Assembly: GCA_030550175.1 (NCBI GenBank)
Contig: JAUQPW010000001.1
Span: forward strand, 10,898 to 74,897
DNA: 64,000 nucleotides
DNA from: a bacterium
GTDB taxonomy: Bacteria > Moduliflexota > Moduliflexia > Moduliflexales > JAUQPW01
Reading direction: 5' to 3'
Below, one piece after another: positions 49,618-60,046 of the stretch. Positions within the stretch are counted from its first letter, which is position 1. Each line of letters starts with the position of its first letter. The position numbers and the translations under genes were made by a program. The notes below the pieces were generated by a model. It worked only from the letters and a program-made list of their open reading frames with translations, did not search any database and was not told the origin of the DNA.

Positions 49618-50759
49618 AAAAGCCGGTAGAGAAAAATACAGAGAAAAACAGGAAAGTCCAGGAATGGAGAAGGGGGAGATCTTTTCTGTTCCTCTATTCC
49701 CCCCTTCTCTCATTTTTTCTTGCGATTCTACTGGCCTTCCTGCTGAGTAGCCTTCTCATAAGTTGGATAGGCGCCAGCCCCCTGTTAGCCTTTAAAGCCC
49801 TTATTTTGGGGGCTTTTGGGAGCTTAAACGGTTTTACGGAAACCCTTGTTAAGGCAACTCCGTTGATGTTAACGGGACTTGGGTTATGTGTGGCTTTTAG
49901 AAGTAAGGTTTGGAATATAGGAGCCGAAGGTCAGATTCATCTGGGCGCTTTAGCAACCACCTTAATGGGAGTTTACCTGCCCCATTTTCCTTCTTTCATT
50001 TCCTTAACTCTTACGGGATTGGCCAGCTTTTTTGCCGGAGGCTTCTGGGCAGCCATACCCGGATGGCTCAAGATACGATGGGGAGTTAATGAGATTATTA
50101 CCACCTTAATGATGAACTATATTGCCATCCTCGGAATTAATTATGCCGTTCACGTTCCCTTGAAAGAACCCGGTGGATTTTTACCCCAGTCGGCCTTGAT
50201 TCAACCATCTGTGGAACTTCCGATTTTAGTTGAACGAACCCGACTCCATGCCGGTATTCTTCTAGGAATTGCCGGAGCCGGAGTCCTCCATATCCTCCTG
50301 GCACGGACTACGCTGGGTTATCAAATTCAGGTTGTCGGTTTAAATCCCGATGCCGGTCGATGTAGTGGAATTCCTGTAGGAAAAATTATCCTCATCGCCA
50401 TGGTACTCAGCGGAGGATTTGCCGGTTTAGCCGGTATGGGTGAAATTGCCGGGGTTCATCATCGCCTTCTGGAAAATTTCTCACCGGGATACGGATATAC
50501 TGCCATTGTAGTTGCTTTACTTGCAGATTTAAAACCTCTGGCTGTAATCTTAGTTAGTATCCTATTTGCGGCTCTTATTGTTGGAGCAGATACCATGCAA
50601 CGGGTTGCAGGAGTTCCTAACTCTTTAGTATTGATTATCGAAAGCCTCATCGTTCTCTTTGTATTGGGAAGTCGTGCGTTGTCCTATGTTCGTCATCCGT
50701 TGTTTTTCGTAAAGGATAACGGACAAAGAACAACGGAGGGAAAGCTACGGATATCTTAA
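49614..50759 (+). CDS. ABC transporter permease (BMP/nucleoside system, first permease)
   Basis: 381 aa, multi-TM. Start overlaps the ATPase stop (ATGA). Confidence 0.85.
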   Translation: MKKPVEKNTEKNRKVQEWRRGRSFLFLYSPLLSFFLAILLAFLLSSLLISWIGASPLLAFKALILGAFGSLNGFTETLVKATPLMLTGLGLCVAFRSKVWNIGAEGQIHLGALATTLMGVYLPHFPSFISLTLTGLASFFAGGFWAAIPGWLKIRWGVNEIITTLMMNYIAILGINYAVHVPLKEPGGFLPQSALIQPSVELPILVERTRLHAGILLGIAGAGVLHILLARTTLGYQIQVVGLNPDAGRCSGIPVGKIILIAMVLSGGFAGLAGMGEIAGVHHRLLENFSPGYGYTAIVVALLADLKPLAVILVSILFAALIVGADTMQRVAGVPNSLVLIIESLIVLFVLGSRALSYVRHPLFFVKDNGQRTTEGKLRIS

Positions 50760-51682
50760 CCCAGGCTTTTATTGTCGGAGTCCTGGCATCGGGAGTACGG
50801 CTGGCCGTTCCTATTCTACTGGCAGCTTTGGGCGAAATCTTTTCAGAAAGGGCCGGCATCCTCAATATTGGGATCGAAGGGGAGATGCTGGTAGGAGCTC
50901 TGGCCGGATTCCTGGGAACTTTCTATACCCATCATGTGGGATTAGGGTTCCTGATCGGAATGGCGGCAAGTGGAGTTTTTAGCCTGATTATGGGCTTTAT
51001 AACTATTACCTTAAAAAGAGATCAGGTCATTACCGGAATTATCCTTAATATATTGGCCCTTGGATTAACGAGTTTCGTCTACAGGGCCTTATTCGGTACC
51101 TCCCGAACGCCTCCCAGTATAAAGCCGTTAACTCCCCTTAAAGTCCCGATCTTAGGGGATATCCCTTATATAGGAACTATCCTTTTTCATCAGAATCTTT
51201 TGGTTTACCTGGCCTTTTTATTGGTTCCTGTGAGTGCCTGGATTCTTTTTAAGACCCAATTTGGATTAAATTTAAGAGCCGTTGGTGAACATCCTCGGGC
51301 CGCAGATACATTGGGAGTCCCTGTGGAGAGAATGAGATATATCGCAGTGATTCTGGGAGGGATCTTCTCCGGTTTGGGGGGTTGTTTTTTGACCCTGGCC
51401 CAGCTAAATCGATTTACCGACAATATAACTGCCGGACGTGGGTTTATTGCCATTGCAGCGGTTATATTTGGAAAATGGAATCCCTACGGTGTCGCCCTTG
51501 CAACACTTCTTTTCGGAATCGCCGATGGACTTCAATTAAGACTTCAAGCCCTGGGTACCAAGCTTCCATATCAGTTCCTCTTGATGCTCCCGTATATCTT
51601 AACCATTGTAGCCTTGGTTGGAATCGTGGGAAAATCAAAACCCCCGGCAGCCCTAGCGGTTCCCTATCAAAAGGATAATTAA
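50720..51682 (+). CDS. ABC transporter permease (second permease); annotated ORF starts at TTG 50828 but the conserved N-terminus is encoded from ~50720 without a canonical start
   Basis: Upstream in frame: TDILTQAFIVGVLASGVRLAVPILLAALGEIF, the typical first TM of this permease family. A frame-2 stop sits at 50717-50719. Confidence 0.7.
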   Translation, partial: RTKNNGGKATDILTQAFIVGVLASGVRLAVPILLAALGEIFSERAGILNIGIEGEMLVGALAGFLGTFYTHHVGLGFLIGMAASGVFSLIMGFITITLKRDQVITGIILNILALGLTSFVYRALFGTSRTPPSIKPLTPLKVPILGDIPYIGTILFHQNLLVYLAFLLVPVSAWILFKTQFGLNLRAVGEHPRAADTLGVPVERMRYIAVILGGIFSGLGGCFLTLAQLNRFTDNITAGRGFIAIAAVIFGKWNPYGVALATLLFGIADGLQLRLQALGTKLPYQFLLMLPYILTIVALVGIVGKSKPPAALAVPYQKDN

Positions 51683-51762
51683 CCATCAGCCATCAACAAT
51701 TAACAATCAGCAATTAACAAATTTTTGTTTATTGCTCTTTGTTCATTGTTCCTTGAGTAAAG

Positions 51763-53274
51763 ATGCGTCTTAATATCGTCATCTTTGTTTGTGGAGGCGT
51801 ACTTATGGCTTTAGAGATCGTAGGAAGCCGAGTACTGTCGCCACATTTTGGAAGCTCGATCTATGTTTGGGGAAGCTTAATCTCCGTGTTTCTGGCCGCT
51901 TTGACGACCGGATACTTTTTAGGTGGAAAGGTAGCGGATCGGAGTCCACGCTTACAAAGCCTGGGGCGGATCATCTTCCTTACCAGCTTTGTCATCTGGG
52001 CTATTCCCCTCTTTTCAGTTCAAATCATCACTTTTTTAATCAATATGGGATTGGGAGTTCGATTTGCCCCTTTGATGACTTGCCTTCTCCTCTTTTTTTT
52101 ACCCAGTATGTTGTTGGGCATGGTTTCCCCTTATGGAATCCGGTTGGCAGCCGTAGAAGTTGCAACCGTGGGAAATGTATCCGGAACTCTCTACGCCATC
52201 TCCACGGCGGGAAGTATTGCAGGAACGCTGCTGACCACTTTCGTTTTAATTCCTCTCATACAGGTTCGAACCATTTTTTATAGCTTAGGAGCTGTTCTGA
52301 TCCTCATTTCACTCCTTACCTTGAAACGAATTACCTCCGTCCAGGCTATGGTACGTGCAGCTATTCTGGTTATAACCTGGTTTTTCTTCCAGGAGCTACC
52401 AGAACCCAGTATTATTTCACCGGATTTTGGCGAGGTTATTTATCAACGGGATACGGCCTATCATCGGGTTTTTGTAACTCAAAACGATCACTATCGTTTC
52501 TTGCGATTTGATCGTACCTGGCAGAGCAGTATGGATATCCAGGATCCTTATCAGTCAAAGTTTACCTACCCCGATTATTTTCAACTTGCTTGGATTTTTA
52601 AACCGGACATTCAAAAAGTTCTGATTATCGGTATGGGAGGTGGGGCTGCTTCCAAAAAATTTTATAAAGACTACCCTCACGTGAGGGTGGAAAATGTGGA
52701 AATCGATCCGGTGGTAGCAGAAGTTGGAAAGAAGTATTTTTATATTCCTCAAGACGCCAGATCCCAAATCTTTATAGAAGATGGTCGGGTTTACGTGGTA
52801 CGAAACCCAGGTCCTTACGATTTAATCATTCTGGACGCTTTCTTTGGTGAAACGATGCCTTTTCATCTGATGACCATCGAATTCTTTCAAATGGTCAAAG
52901 AGCGGTTGACCCCTCAGGGGGTCGTCGCCGTTAACTTTTTGGGAGCGTTAGGGGGTAAAAAAAGCCAGCTTTTTCGATCCTTTTATAAAACCCTCAGCAC
53001 GGTTTACCCCCAGGTTCTGGTCTTCCCAGAGGACTGGGAACCCGGAGACGATATGGAATTAGAGGGAAATTTGATTATTTTTGCCACCCTAAGACCCGAT
53101 CATCTCTCCAAAGATCAGATCGTTCAGACGGCAAAGAAGTTAAAATCTGGATTTGTTAAGGTGCCTCGACTGGATGAATTTGCTGAGAAGCTTTATACAG
53201 CAAGGATTGAAACGAAGGACGTCCCCATCCTCACAGATCAATACGCCCCGGTAGAGGCCCTTCGACAGTTATAA
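51763..53274 (+). CDS. Spermidine-synthase-like (aminopropyltransferase fold) protein fused to an N-terminal polytopic membrane domain
   Basis: N-terminal ~200 aa with about 7 TMs. The C-terminal half has the SpeE-type methyltransferase-fold motifs (VLIIGMGGG, LIILDAF). Confidence 0.7.
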   Translation: MRLNIVIFVCGGVLMALEIVGSRVLSPHFGSSIYVWGSLISVFLAALTTGYFLGGKVADRSPRLQSLGRIIFLTSFVIWAIPLFSVQIITFLINMGLGVRFAPLMTCLLLFFLPSMLLGMVSPYGIRLAAVEVATVGNVSGTLYAISTAGSIAGTLLTTFVLIPLIQVRTIFYSLGAVLILISLLTLKRITSVQAMVRAAILVITWFFFQELPEPSIISPDFGEVIYQRDTAYHRVFVTQNDHYRFLRFDRTWQSSMDIQDPYQSKFTYPDYFQLAWIFKPDIQKVLIIGMGGGAASKKFYKDYPHVRVENVEIDPVVAEVGKKYFYIPQDARSQIFIEDGRVYVVRNPGPYDLIILDAFFGETMPFHLMTIEFFQMVKERLTPQGVVAVNFLGALGGKKSQLFRSFYKTLSTVYPQVLVFPEDWEPGDDMELEGNLIIFATLRPDHLSKDQIVQTAKKLKSGFVKVPRLDEFAEKLYTARIETKDVPILTDQYAPVEALRQL

Positions 53275-53358
53275 GAAAATAACTCTTAAAAGATCCGAGA
53301 AAGATCTCCCAAAACCGGTACAGAGGTAAGGGAGGAGGGTCATAAAAAAGAAGGTGGG

Positions 53359-53655
53359 GTGGTTTCCACACTTAAAAACATCGGAACTACCATTAAAGAA
53401 GGAGCTGTAACAGGTGGAAAAGCAGTCAAGGGGGTAGGAGAGGAAATTTCCGATGCAACCATCACTTCGGCCATCAAGACCAAGTTTGCCAGCGATGACC
53501 AGATAAAAGCTTTGGATATCGATGTAGATACCGAAAACAGCGTCGTAACCCTCACCCCCCATGTTCCGGAAGTAAATATGGATAGAGCCGTAGAAATCGC
53601 AAGAAACCTTCCCGGAGTTAAAGAAGTTCGAGTTAAACCCGTCGAGAGACGATAA
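53359..53655 (+). CDS. BON-domain protein (OsmY-like)
   Basis: ITSAIKTKFASDDQIKALDIDVDTENSVVTLTPHV...LPGVKEVRVKP. GTG start after an AAGGTGG Shine-Dalgarno. Confidence 0.65.
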   Translation: MVSTLKNIGTTIKEGAVTGGKAVKGVGEEISDATITSAIKTKFASDDQIKALDIDVDTENSVVTLTPHVPEVNMDRAVEIARNLPGVKEVRVKPVERR

Positions 53656-53808
53656 GAATAACTATGGAATACCATTTCTCCGTGGAACCACTGCATAAGC
53701 CGTAAAAGTAGATCCCTGCAGTTGCCTTGTTTAAGGGTAGTCCAGGAATTGCCCTCAGGGGTAATCCGGTAATATTTTCATAGTGAATGGATAGATAGGT
53801 TTCTTTTT

Positions 53809-55572
53809 ATGGGTAGAGCCGATTTTCATTCAATCTGGAAATACAAATTGGGACCGGTATTAGGTTTCGCCCTTCTCAGTTGTGGGTTCTTTTGGTTTAA
53901 GGCGGGAGAGAAAAGTATTTGGGCCAAAGATATCGAAGGTATGCGGGCGGAGGTCGTGCGGGAGATGGTAACTTCGGGATACTGGCTTATTCCCCATCTT
54001 AACGGAGAAATCCTGGTTACCAAACCCCCCTTCTATTTTTGGCTGGCCGGTTTTTGCTCTCTTCTTGCAGGAGAGGTCACCGAATATACCCTGAGTCTTC
54101 CTTCTGTCATCGGTGGATTTTTGGGTCTGGTATGGACTTTCCTCATCGGGCTCCAACTTTTTAATTATCGCATTGCCTGGTTATCCACTCTTATATTGGC
54201 CACCAGCCCTTTGTATATCCTTATGTCACGCACCATCAATCTGGATATGACCCTGGCCTGGCTAACAACGGCTACCATAGGGTGTTTTCTACTAGGATTT
54301 CAAAGCCAGGGAAAATCCAGCAGCAGATATTATCTTTGGGCCTTCACGTTTATGGGATTAGCCACCATGACCAAAGGACCTATCGGAGTCATGATTCCCG
54401 GGATTCCCATTCTGGGTTATTTAGGATGGAAGTTAATTTGGAGACAGGAAGTAGCAGATAGTAAATCAGAGGAAGAAGGTAAAAAGCAAAGGGTCGAAGA
54501 GAGTTTGTTGCGGAAACGACTCTTTACCCTTTGCCCCTGGCGGACTATTTTAATAGGAATCGGGATTTTCCTGCTTATAACCTTACCCTGGGCCATCCTG
54601 GTCTATTTCCGAGTACCTAACCTCGGAGAAATCCTTTATCTAGAAACCCTCTTCCGCTATGAACGGCCCAATTATCAGAATGCCAAGCCCTTTTATTTTT
54701 ATTTTATAGCCTTACTGGAAGCCCTGGCTCCCTGGTCTTTATTTTTGCCAGGTGGATTCCTGGCCGTTGTGGAGAAATACAAAGCCAAATCTTACCACTC
54801 TACCTCCTTACTTTCTGCCCTTGTTTTCCTTTTCCTTTGGATCTGGCCTAGCTTTTTTATATTTTCTATAACCAGCACAAAACGAGATTACTACCTTCTT
54901 CCCCTCTGTCCGGCCCTGGCTTTATGGGTTGCATGGATCTGGGATAACTATCTGACCGGTCAGGCTTCTGAGGGACAACAAAAACTTTTCTCTTTCGCAA
55001 TCCTCAGTATTGCAGGTATTTTTCTCTTAGGACCTCTGGGCATCCTCATCTTTGTTTATCTCTTTTTCCCAGATCTGATCAAGATAGCCCTTGTTCTATG
55101 CCTTATATATGCCATTTTGAGTAGTTTCCTCCTTATTCTGTTTCTTAAATCAAAAAATTCAAAAACCTCTTTTCTTCGATCTCGAGGGTCCCTTGTCTTC
55201 CTGGTAATTATACTGGCCCTTGCCGTTGGTTGGGGGACCTGGTTTACCGTAGGCCTTCCAAAAATGGATTCTTTGAGAACCCGTAAGGAGTTCTTTCGTG
55301 AGGCGGCCTCCCTGGTTGGTTCTCACCGTCTGGTCAACTATAGATACAATGGATACGATCTCCAGTTCTATGTCAAACGAATAGTTCCTATTATTCAAGA
55401 GCCCGCTCAACTTTATGAACTTCTAAAATCATCCGATCCGGTTTACATTCTTATGGAAGATACCCATTTTGATTCTCTTAAACTAGAAGGATTCAAAACG
55501 ATTCTGATCCGTGACCGAAGGGATCCGATTAATCCTCAAAAGGTCAGACGAATGATTTTAATATCCAATTAG
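53809..55572 (+). CDS. GT39/ArnT-like lipid-carrier-dependent glycosyltransferase (PMT_2 family)
   Basis: 587 aa polytopic. The N-terminal region REMVTSGYWLIPHLNGEILVTKPPFYFWL matches the ArnT/PMT signature (…SGDW..P.LNG..Y..KPPL.YW). Confidence 0.75.
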   Translation: MGRADFHSIWKYKLGPVLGFALLSCGFFWFKAGEKSIWAKDIEGMRAEVVREMVTSGYWLIPHLNGEILVTKPPFYFWLAGFCSLLAGEVTEYTLSLPSVIGGFLGLVWTFLIGLQLFNYRIAWLSTLILATSPLYILMSRTINLDMTLAWLTTATIGCFLLGFQSQGKSSSRYYLWAFTFMGLATMTKGPIGVMIPGIPILGYLGWKLIWRQEVADSKSEEEGKKQRVEESLLRKRLFTLCPWRTILIGIGIFLLITLPWAILVYFRVPNLGEILYLETLFRYERPNYQNAKPFYFYFIALLEALAPWSLFLPGGFLAVVEKYKAKSYHSTSLLSALVFLFLWIWPSFFIFSITSTKRDYYLLPLCPALALWVAWIWDNYLTGQASEGQQKLFSFAILSIAGIFLLGPLGILIFVYLFFPDLIKIALVLCLIYAILSSFLLILFLKSKNSKTSFLRSRGSLVFLVIILALAVGWGTWFTVGLPKMDSLRTRKEFFREAASLVGSHRLVNYRYNGYDLQFYVKRIVPIIQEPAQLYELLKSSDPVYILMEDTHFDSLKLEGFKTILIRDRRDPINPQKVRRMILISN

Positions 55573-55717
55573 CCCATGGTTTATTGTCCGTTGCTTGCTG
55601 TTTCAAAGTCGTAACCTTTGGACAGGCCTGATCCGGCTTTGATTACTCCACACAGGTTACGGCAGTCGTTATAACGAGCTGCTCTAGACGACGGACAATG
55701 GACAAAGGGAAATCCTT

Positions 55718-56668
55718 ATGTATAAAATTCCCTGCGATATCGTAACCGGTTTTTTAGGAAGTGGAAAGACGACACTTCTGAAATATATACTACAACACGG
55801 CCTCAACAACCGCCGGGTGGCCATTGTCATGAACGAATTGGGGGATCTAGGGGTGGATGGAAAAGTAATCAAAGATCTGGAAGCAGTTGAAAAGCTGGTA
55901 GAGCTGGATAACGGCTGTATTTGCTGCTCTATTGGATTTCGCTTTGCCCTGGCTATACAGGAAATTATTGAAACGACAAATCCGGAACTGATTATCATCG
56001 AAACCACCGGCGTCGCCGAACCCCAACCCCTCCTTCAAGAGTTGGGGGTTGCCGGTCTTACTCTAGATGCGGTTATCACGGTTGTAGACGCAGAAAATCT
56101 GTTGGGGATTCATTCCCAAAGTGTGGTTACGGAAAAACAGATTGAAGCAGCAGACTTTATCGTTCTCAACAAGATCGACCTGGTCGATGAAAAACGCCTA
56201 CGTAAAGTTGAAAAGTATCTTCATAAATTGAATGACCGTGCGCTTCTTCTACCTACCTCCTATGGTCAGGTTAAAACCGATCTTTTATTCGGTACAAGCG
56301 TACGGAATTATCGGGAAAAACTTCGTACCTCTCCATCAGATTCCCATGCGGAAGGCCACTCCCATCTGGAACAGGACGAAATCTCCGCTTTCATTTATAA
56401 GGGTGAGAACCTGCTGGAACGTAAAAAGTTCGAGCGTTTTCTCTCAGAGTTACCTTCCCATGTCTACCGGGCTAAGGGATTCATGAAATTCATCAACGAA
56501 AGCATGCCGTCCTTGTTTAACTACACCTGCGGACGGTTTGATTTTAATTGGTATACTTTGAAAGACGGGGATCAGATCAAACCTCAAGCTGTATTCATCG
56601 GGAAGAATATCCATCTCGTTAAGGAAAAAATACTTAAAAACTTGGAAAAGTGTGAGATCAGAATCTGA
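55718..56668 (+). CDS. CobW/COG0523-family GTPase (putative metal chaperone)
   Basis: P-loop GFLGSGKTT, CxCC motif GCICCS, C-terminal CobW_C-like domain with a His-rich segment SDSHAEGHSH. Confidence 0.85.
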   Translation: MYKIPCDIVTGFLGSGKTTLLKYILQHGLNNRRVAIVMNELGDLGVDGKVIKDLEAVEKLVELDNGCICCSIGFRFALAIQEIIETTNPELIIIETTGVAEPQPLLQELGVAGLTLDAVITVVDAENLLGIHSQSVVTEKQIEAADFIVLNKIDLVDEKRLRKVEKYLHKLNDRALLLPTSYGQVKTDLLFGTSVRNYREKLRTSPSDSHAEGHSHLEQDEISAFIYKGENLLERKKFERFLSELPSHVYRAKGFMKFINESMPSLFNYTCGRFDFNWYTLKDGDQIKPQAVFIGKNIHLVKEKILKNLEKCEIRI

Positions 56669-56886
56669 GTTGCCTGGAAATTTTTTCTTGATAAAATTTT
56701 TTCTTCCCGGGGTTTTGACACTATCCTAAGCTTCATCTATACAAAATATAAGATGGTCTTGGAGGGGTGTGGTAACTACGCCCCTTACCAGGTAAGGTTG
56801 AATAGCTACATTATCTTGAAAAAGGAGTAGGAGACCGCATCGTTTGGGATGCAAACTCCTGCCTTCTCTGAAAAGTATAAACCCAT

Positions 56887-56950
56887 TGAGATTTATGGTT
56901 GATGGTGGTTAGATCGGATGAGATTTATGGTTGATGGTGGTTAGATCGGA
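56887..56950. repeat. Perfect 32-bp tandem duplication (tgagatttatggttgatggtggttagatcgga x2) within a 1.1-kb non-coding leader
   Basis: Copy 1 is 56887-56918 and copy 2 is 56919-56950, identical. Each contains a mini-ORF ATG GTT GAT GGT GGT TAG (MVDGG*). Confidence 0.8.
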
Positions 56951-57765
56951 AAAACAAGAGTCTAAAAATTAGACGTTTCTTCCTAAAAGGATATTCTCTT
57001 CTAAAAAAGAAACTTCTCTACAAAGGAAAGTAAAAAATTGTCAGATTATAGGTCTGAAAGTTAGACCTTCTCCCTATCAGGCCTTCCGTTACGGAAATAT
57101 ATTCCGGTTCTGCCTACCCTCCGGATTGTTCAAACTTCTGGTTCCCATTTTATAAAGTGGTACTTGAATTGCAGAAGAAAATGGTCACATAGCTTACTTA
57201 CAAGAGTTTAATCATAACCCCTGTAAGGCATCTTTATCCCCGTCCATTCAGATACTTTTCCATGCCTTACCGTGAGAAGGCGTATGCCATTTCACAGAAC
57301 GGAAGGGATCATCCAGCAGATTCGCAAGCCGAACGAAGTATCAATTTGAAGTGAAACCTCTTCGGGGACGGGGAAATTTGGAGAGGAGTACGACGGATAA
57401 AACTATACTTATACCCGAAAACGCCTCCTGGCAGGTATATCCCATCAGAAATTTACTGTAGAAATTTTAACCTTGAAATTTTTCTTGAAAAGATTCAGAT
57501 AGAATCATTTATCTAAACCTATGAGAGGTAGCCAGGTAAGGTATCTGTTTCAGTGAAAATCTCAAAGCAATTTCCCCATGAAATCCACGTTGTTGACACC
57601 ATCGGATCCTATGATTAAAGAACAACAAAATCATAAAGAAGTGGCGTCTGACTACAAGGATGTGAAGAAACCGTCCCCTGCTGGTTAAAAGCCGAGATAT
57701 TTTAGTGAGAATTGATAAGGAATATACAGAACCAACCCAATTTTTAATCAAGAAAGGAATAAACC

Positions 57766-58794
57766 ATGAGAGTATTAGTCACAGGGCATAAAGGTTATAT
57801 TGGAATGGTGATGGTTCCTATGCTTCTAAAGGCAGGGCATAGCGTAATAGGGTTAGATACGAATTTTTATGAAGGGTGCACGTTTGGAGACGGGGTTGAC
57901 ACGGTTCCAGAAATAAGAAAGGACCTTCGGGATGTAGAAGCATCTGATCTGAGAGGTTTTGACGCGATTATTCATTTAGCTGCGTTATCCAATGATCCGT
58001 TGGGAGATTTAAACCCGGACTTAACTTACGATATCAATCATAAAGCAACGGTTCGTTTGGCTGAGATAGCCAAACAAGTTGGGATTTCCCGTTTTCTTTT
58101 TTCCTCATCCTGTAGTAATTATGGGGCTGCTGGGGATGCTTTGCTGAATGAGGAAGCCCCTTTTCATCCGGTTACTGCGTATGGAATTTCAAAAGTACGT
58201 GCTGAACAAGACCTGGTAAAGCTGGCCGACGATAATTTCTCCCCTATCCTTCTCCGTAGTGCAACGGCTTATGGGGTATCCCCTCGTTTACGCCTTGATG
58301 TGGTTCTCAACAATCTGACCGCTTCCGCTTTCACAACCGGTAAAATCTTTTTGAAAAGTGATGGGACTCCCTGGCGACCTATTGTGCATATTGAGGATAT
58401 TTCTCGTGCCTTCCTGGCTGTACTCCAGGCCCCCCGTGAACTTGTACATAATCAAGCATTTAATGTCGGCAGACCAGAAGAAAATTATCGTATCCGCGAG
58501 ATAGCAGAGATAGTTAAGCAAACGATTCCCAATTGTTGCATTGAATTTGCAAAGGATGCAGGCCCGGATAAACGATGCTACCGGGTAGATTCCAGTAAAC
58601 TGATCCGTACCCTACCTGAGTATAAACCCCAGTGGAATGTCAGACAAGGAGCCGAACAACTTTATAAAGCTTACCAACAAGTCGGACTGACGATCACAGA
58701 CTTTGAAGGTCCAAAATACAAACGGATTGATCAGATTAAGAAACTGATCCGTGAGGGCCGATTAGACGAGAATCTGCGCTGGCGTGATAAATAG
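57766..58794 (+). CDS. NAD-dependent sugar epimerase/dehydratase (extended SDR)
   Basis: MRVLVTGHKGYIGMVMVPMLLKAGHSVIGLD, the catalytic YGISKVRAEQ (Y-x3-K) and the SxS motif upstream (SSSCSNYG). Confidence 0.8.
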   Translation: MRVLVTGHKGYIGMVMVPMLLKAGHSVIGLDTNFYEGCTFGDGVDTVPEIRKDLRDVEASDLRGFDAIIHLAALSNDPLGDLNPDLTYDINHKATVRLAEIAKQVGISRFLFSSSCSNYGAAGDALLNEEAPFHPVTAYGISKVRAEQDLVKLADDNFSPILLRSATAYGVSPRLRLDVVLNNLTASAFTTGKIFLKSDGTPWRPIVHIEDISRAFLAVLQAPRELVHNQAFNVGRPEENYRIREIAEIVKQTIPNCCIEFAKDAGPDKRCYRVDSSKLIRTLPEYKPQWNVRQGAEQLYKAYQQVGLTITDFEGPKYKRIDQIKKLIREGRLDENLRWRDK

Positions 58795-58807
58795 GAGGAA
58801 TTTGGTG

Positions 58808-60046
58808 ATGATAAATATTCCGAGTTGCAGATTTTGTGGTTTCGGTTTACGTCACATTTTTGTGGATTTGGGAATGCTCCCTCTTTGTGAAAGTTATATA
58901 AGCGAGGATCAGCTCAACCGAATGGAGCCGTTCTATCCCCTTCATCCCTACGTCTGCGAGCGTTGTTTTCTGGTTCAACTGGAGGTCTATGTAGCTCCTG
59001 AAGAAATATTTTCGGAATATGCCTATTTCTCATCCTATTCGGATAGCTGGGTACAGCACGCCAAACAATATGTAGAAATGATTACGAAACGGCTCAGGCT
59101 GAATGACCGGAGTTTAGTCATAGAGTCGGCCAGTAACGATGGCTACCTGCTTCAACACTTTGTGGCTATGGGAATACCTGTTCTGGGAGTCGAACCTGCA
59201 GCTAATGTCGCCAAAGTCGCCATAGCTAAAGGAGTTCCAACGCTAGTTAAGTTCTTCGGGGAGGAATTAGCCCGGGAATTGCTCGCTGAAGGTAAACAAG
59301 CCGATCTTTTAGTAGGTAATAACGTATTAGCCCAGGTACCCGATTTGAATGATTTCGTGAAGGGGTTGAAAGTACTCCTTAAACCCCAAGGTGTGATTAC
59401 CCTGGAGTTCCCACATCTCATGCGCTTGGTGGAGGAAAATCAATTCGATACGATTTATCATGAGCATTTTTCCTACTTCTCCTGGTTTACCACCGAAAAG
59501 ATATTTGCAGAACACGGGTTAAAGCTTTTTGATGTGGAAGAACTCCCTACCCATGGAGGTTCGTTAAGAATCTATGCCTGTCATGCAGAGAACACTTCTC
59601 AATCTGTAAGTGAGAGGGCCCGGGAACTCAAATCCAGAGAAGAAGCTGCCGGGATTACCCATCTGACCTACTACGCTTCCTTTGCCGAAAAAGTAAAGGA
59701 AACCAAGCGTAAACTCTTAGAACTCCTGATCGGTATCAAACGGGCAGGAAAATCTATTGTCGGATATGGCGCTCCGGGTAAAGGAAATATTTTATTGAAC
59801 TACTGTGGTATCCGATCTGATTTTCTGGATTATACCGTGGATCGCAATCCTTATAAACAAGGTAAGTTTTTACCGGGAACCCATATTCCCATATTTCCAC
59901 CGGATAAAATCAAGGAGACTCAGCCGGATTATGTGATGATCCTACCCTGGAATTTCAAAGACGAAATTATGGAACAGATGGCGTACATACGGAATTGGGG
60001 GGGTCGATTCATCGTACCCATCCCCGAGCCAAGGATTTATCCATGA
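58808..60046 (+). CDS. Sugar C-methyltransferase family protein (TylCIII/NovU-like class I SAM MTase with an N-terminal Zn-ribbon); the ORF opens at 58784
   Basis: N-terminal CRFCGF...CERCFLVQ Zn-ribbon. The SAM-binding fold (VIESASNDGYLLQHF) and C-terminal domain are typical of NDP-hexose C-methyltransferases. AGGAGG lies 9 nt upstream of ATG 58808. Confidence 0.7.
   Translation: MINIPSCRFCGFGLRHIFVDLGMLPLCESYISEDQLNRMEPFYPLHPYVCERCFLVQLEVYVAPEEIFSEYAYFSSYSDSWVQHAKQYVEMITKRLRLNDRSLVIESASNDGYLLQHFVAMGIPVLGVEPAANVAKVAIAKGVPTLVKFFGEELARELLAEGKQADLLVGNNVLAQVPDLNDFVKGLKVLLKPQGVITLEFPHLMRLVEENQFDTIYHEHFSYFSWFTTEKIFAEHGLKLFDVEELPTHGGSLRIYACHAENTSQSVSERARELKSREEAAGITHLTYYASFAEKVKETKRKLLELLIGIKRAGKSIVGYGAPGKGNILLNYCGIRSDFLDYTVDRNPYKQGKFLPGTHIPIFPPDKIKETQPDYVMILPWNFKDEIMEQMAYIRNWGGRFIVPIPEPRIYP

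Noticed and set aside
56669-57765. ops/JUMPstart antitermination element upstream of the polysaccharide cluster
   Set aside because: Searched visually for GGCGGTAG and its complement and found none. The nearest is gaggtagcc (57527), which is not a match.
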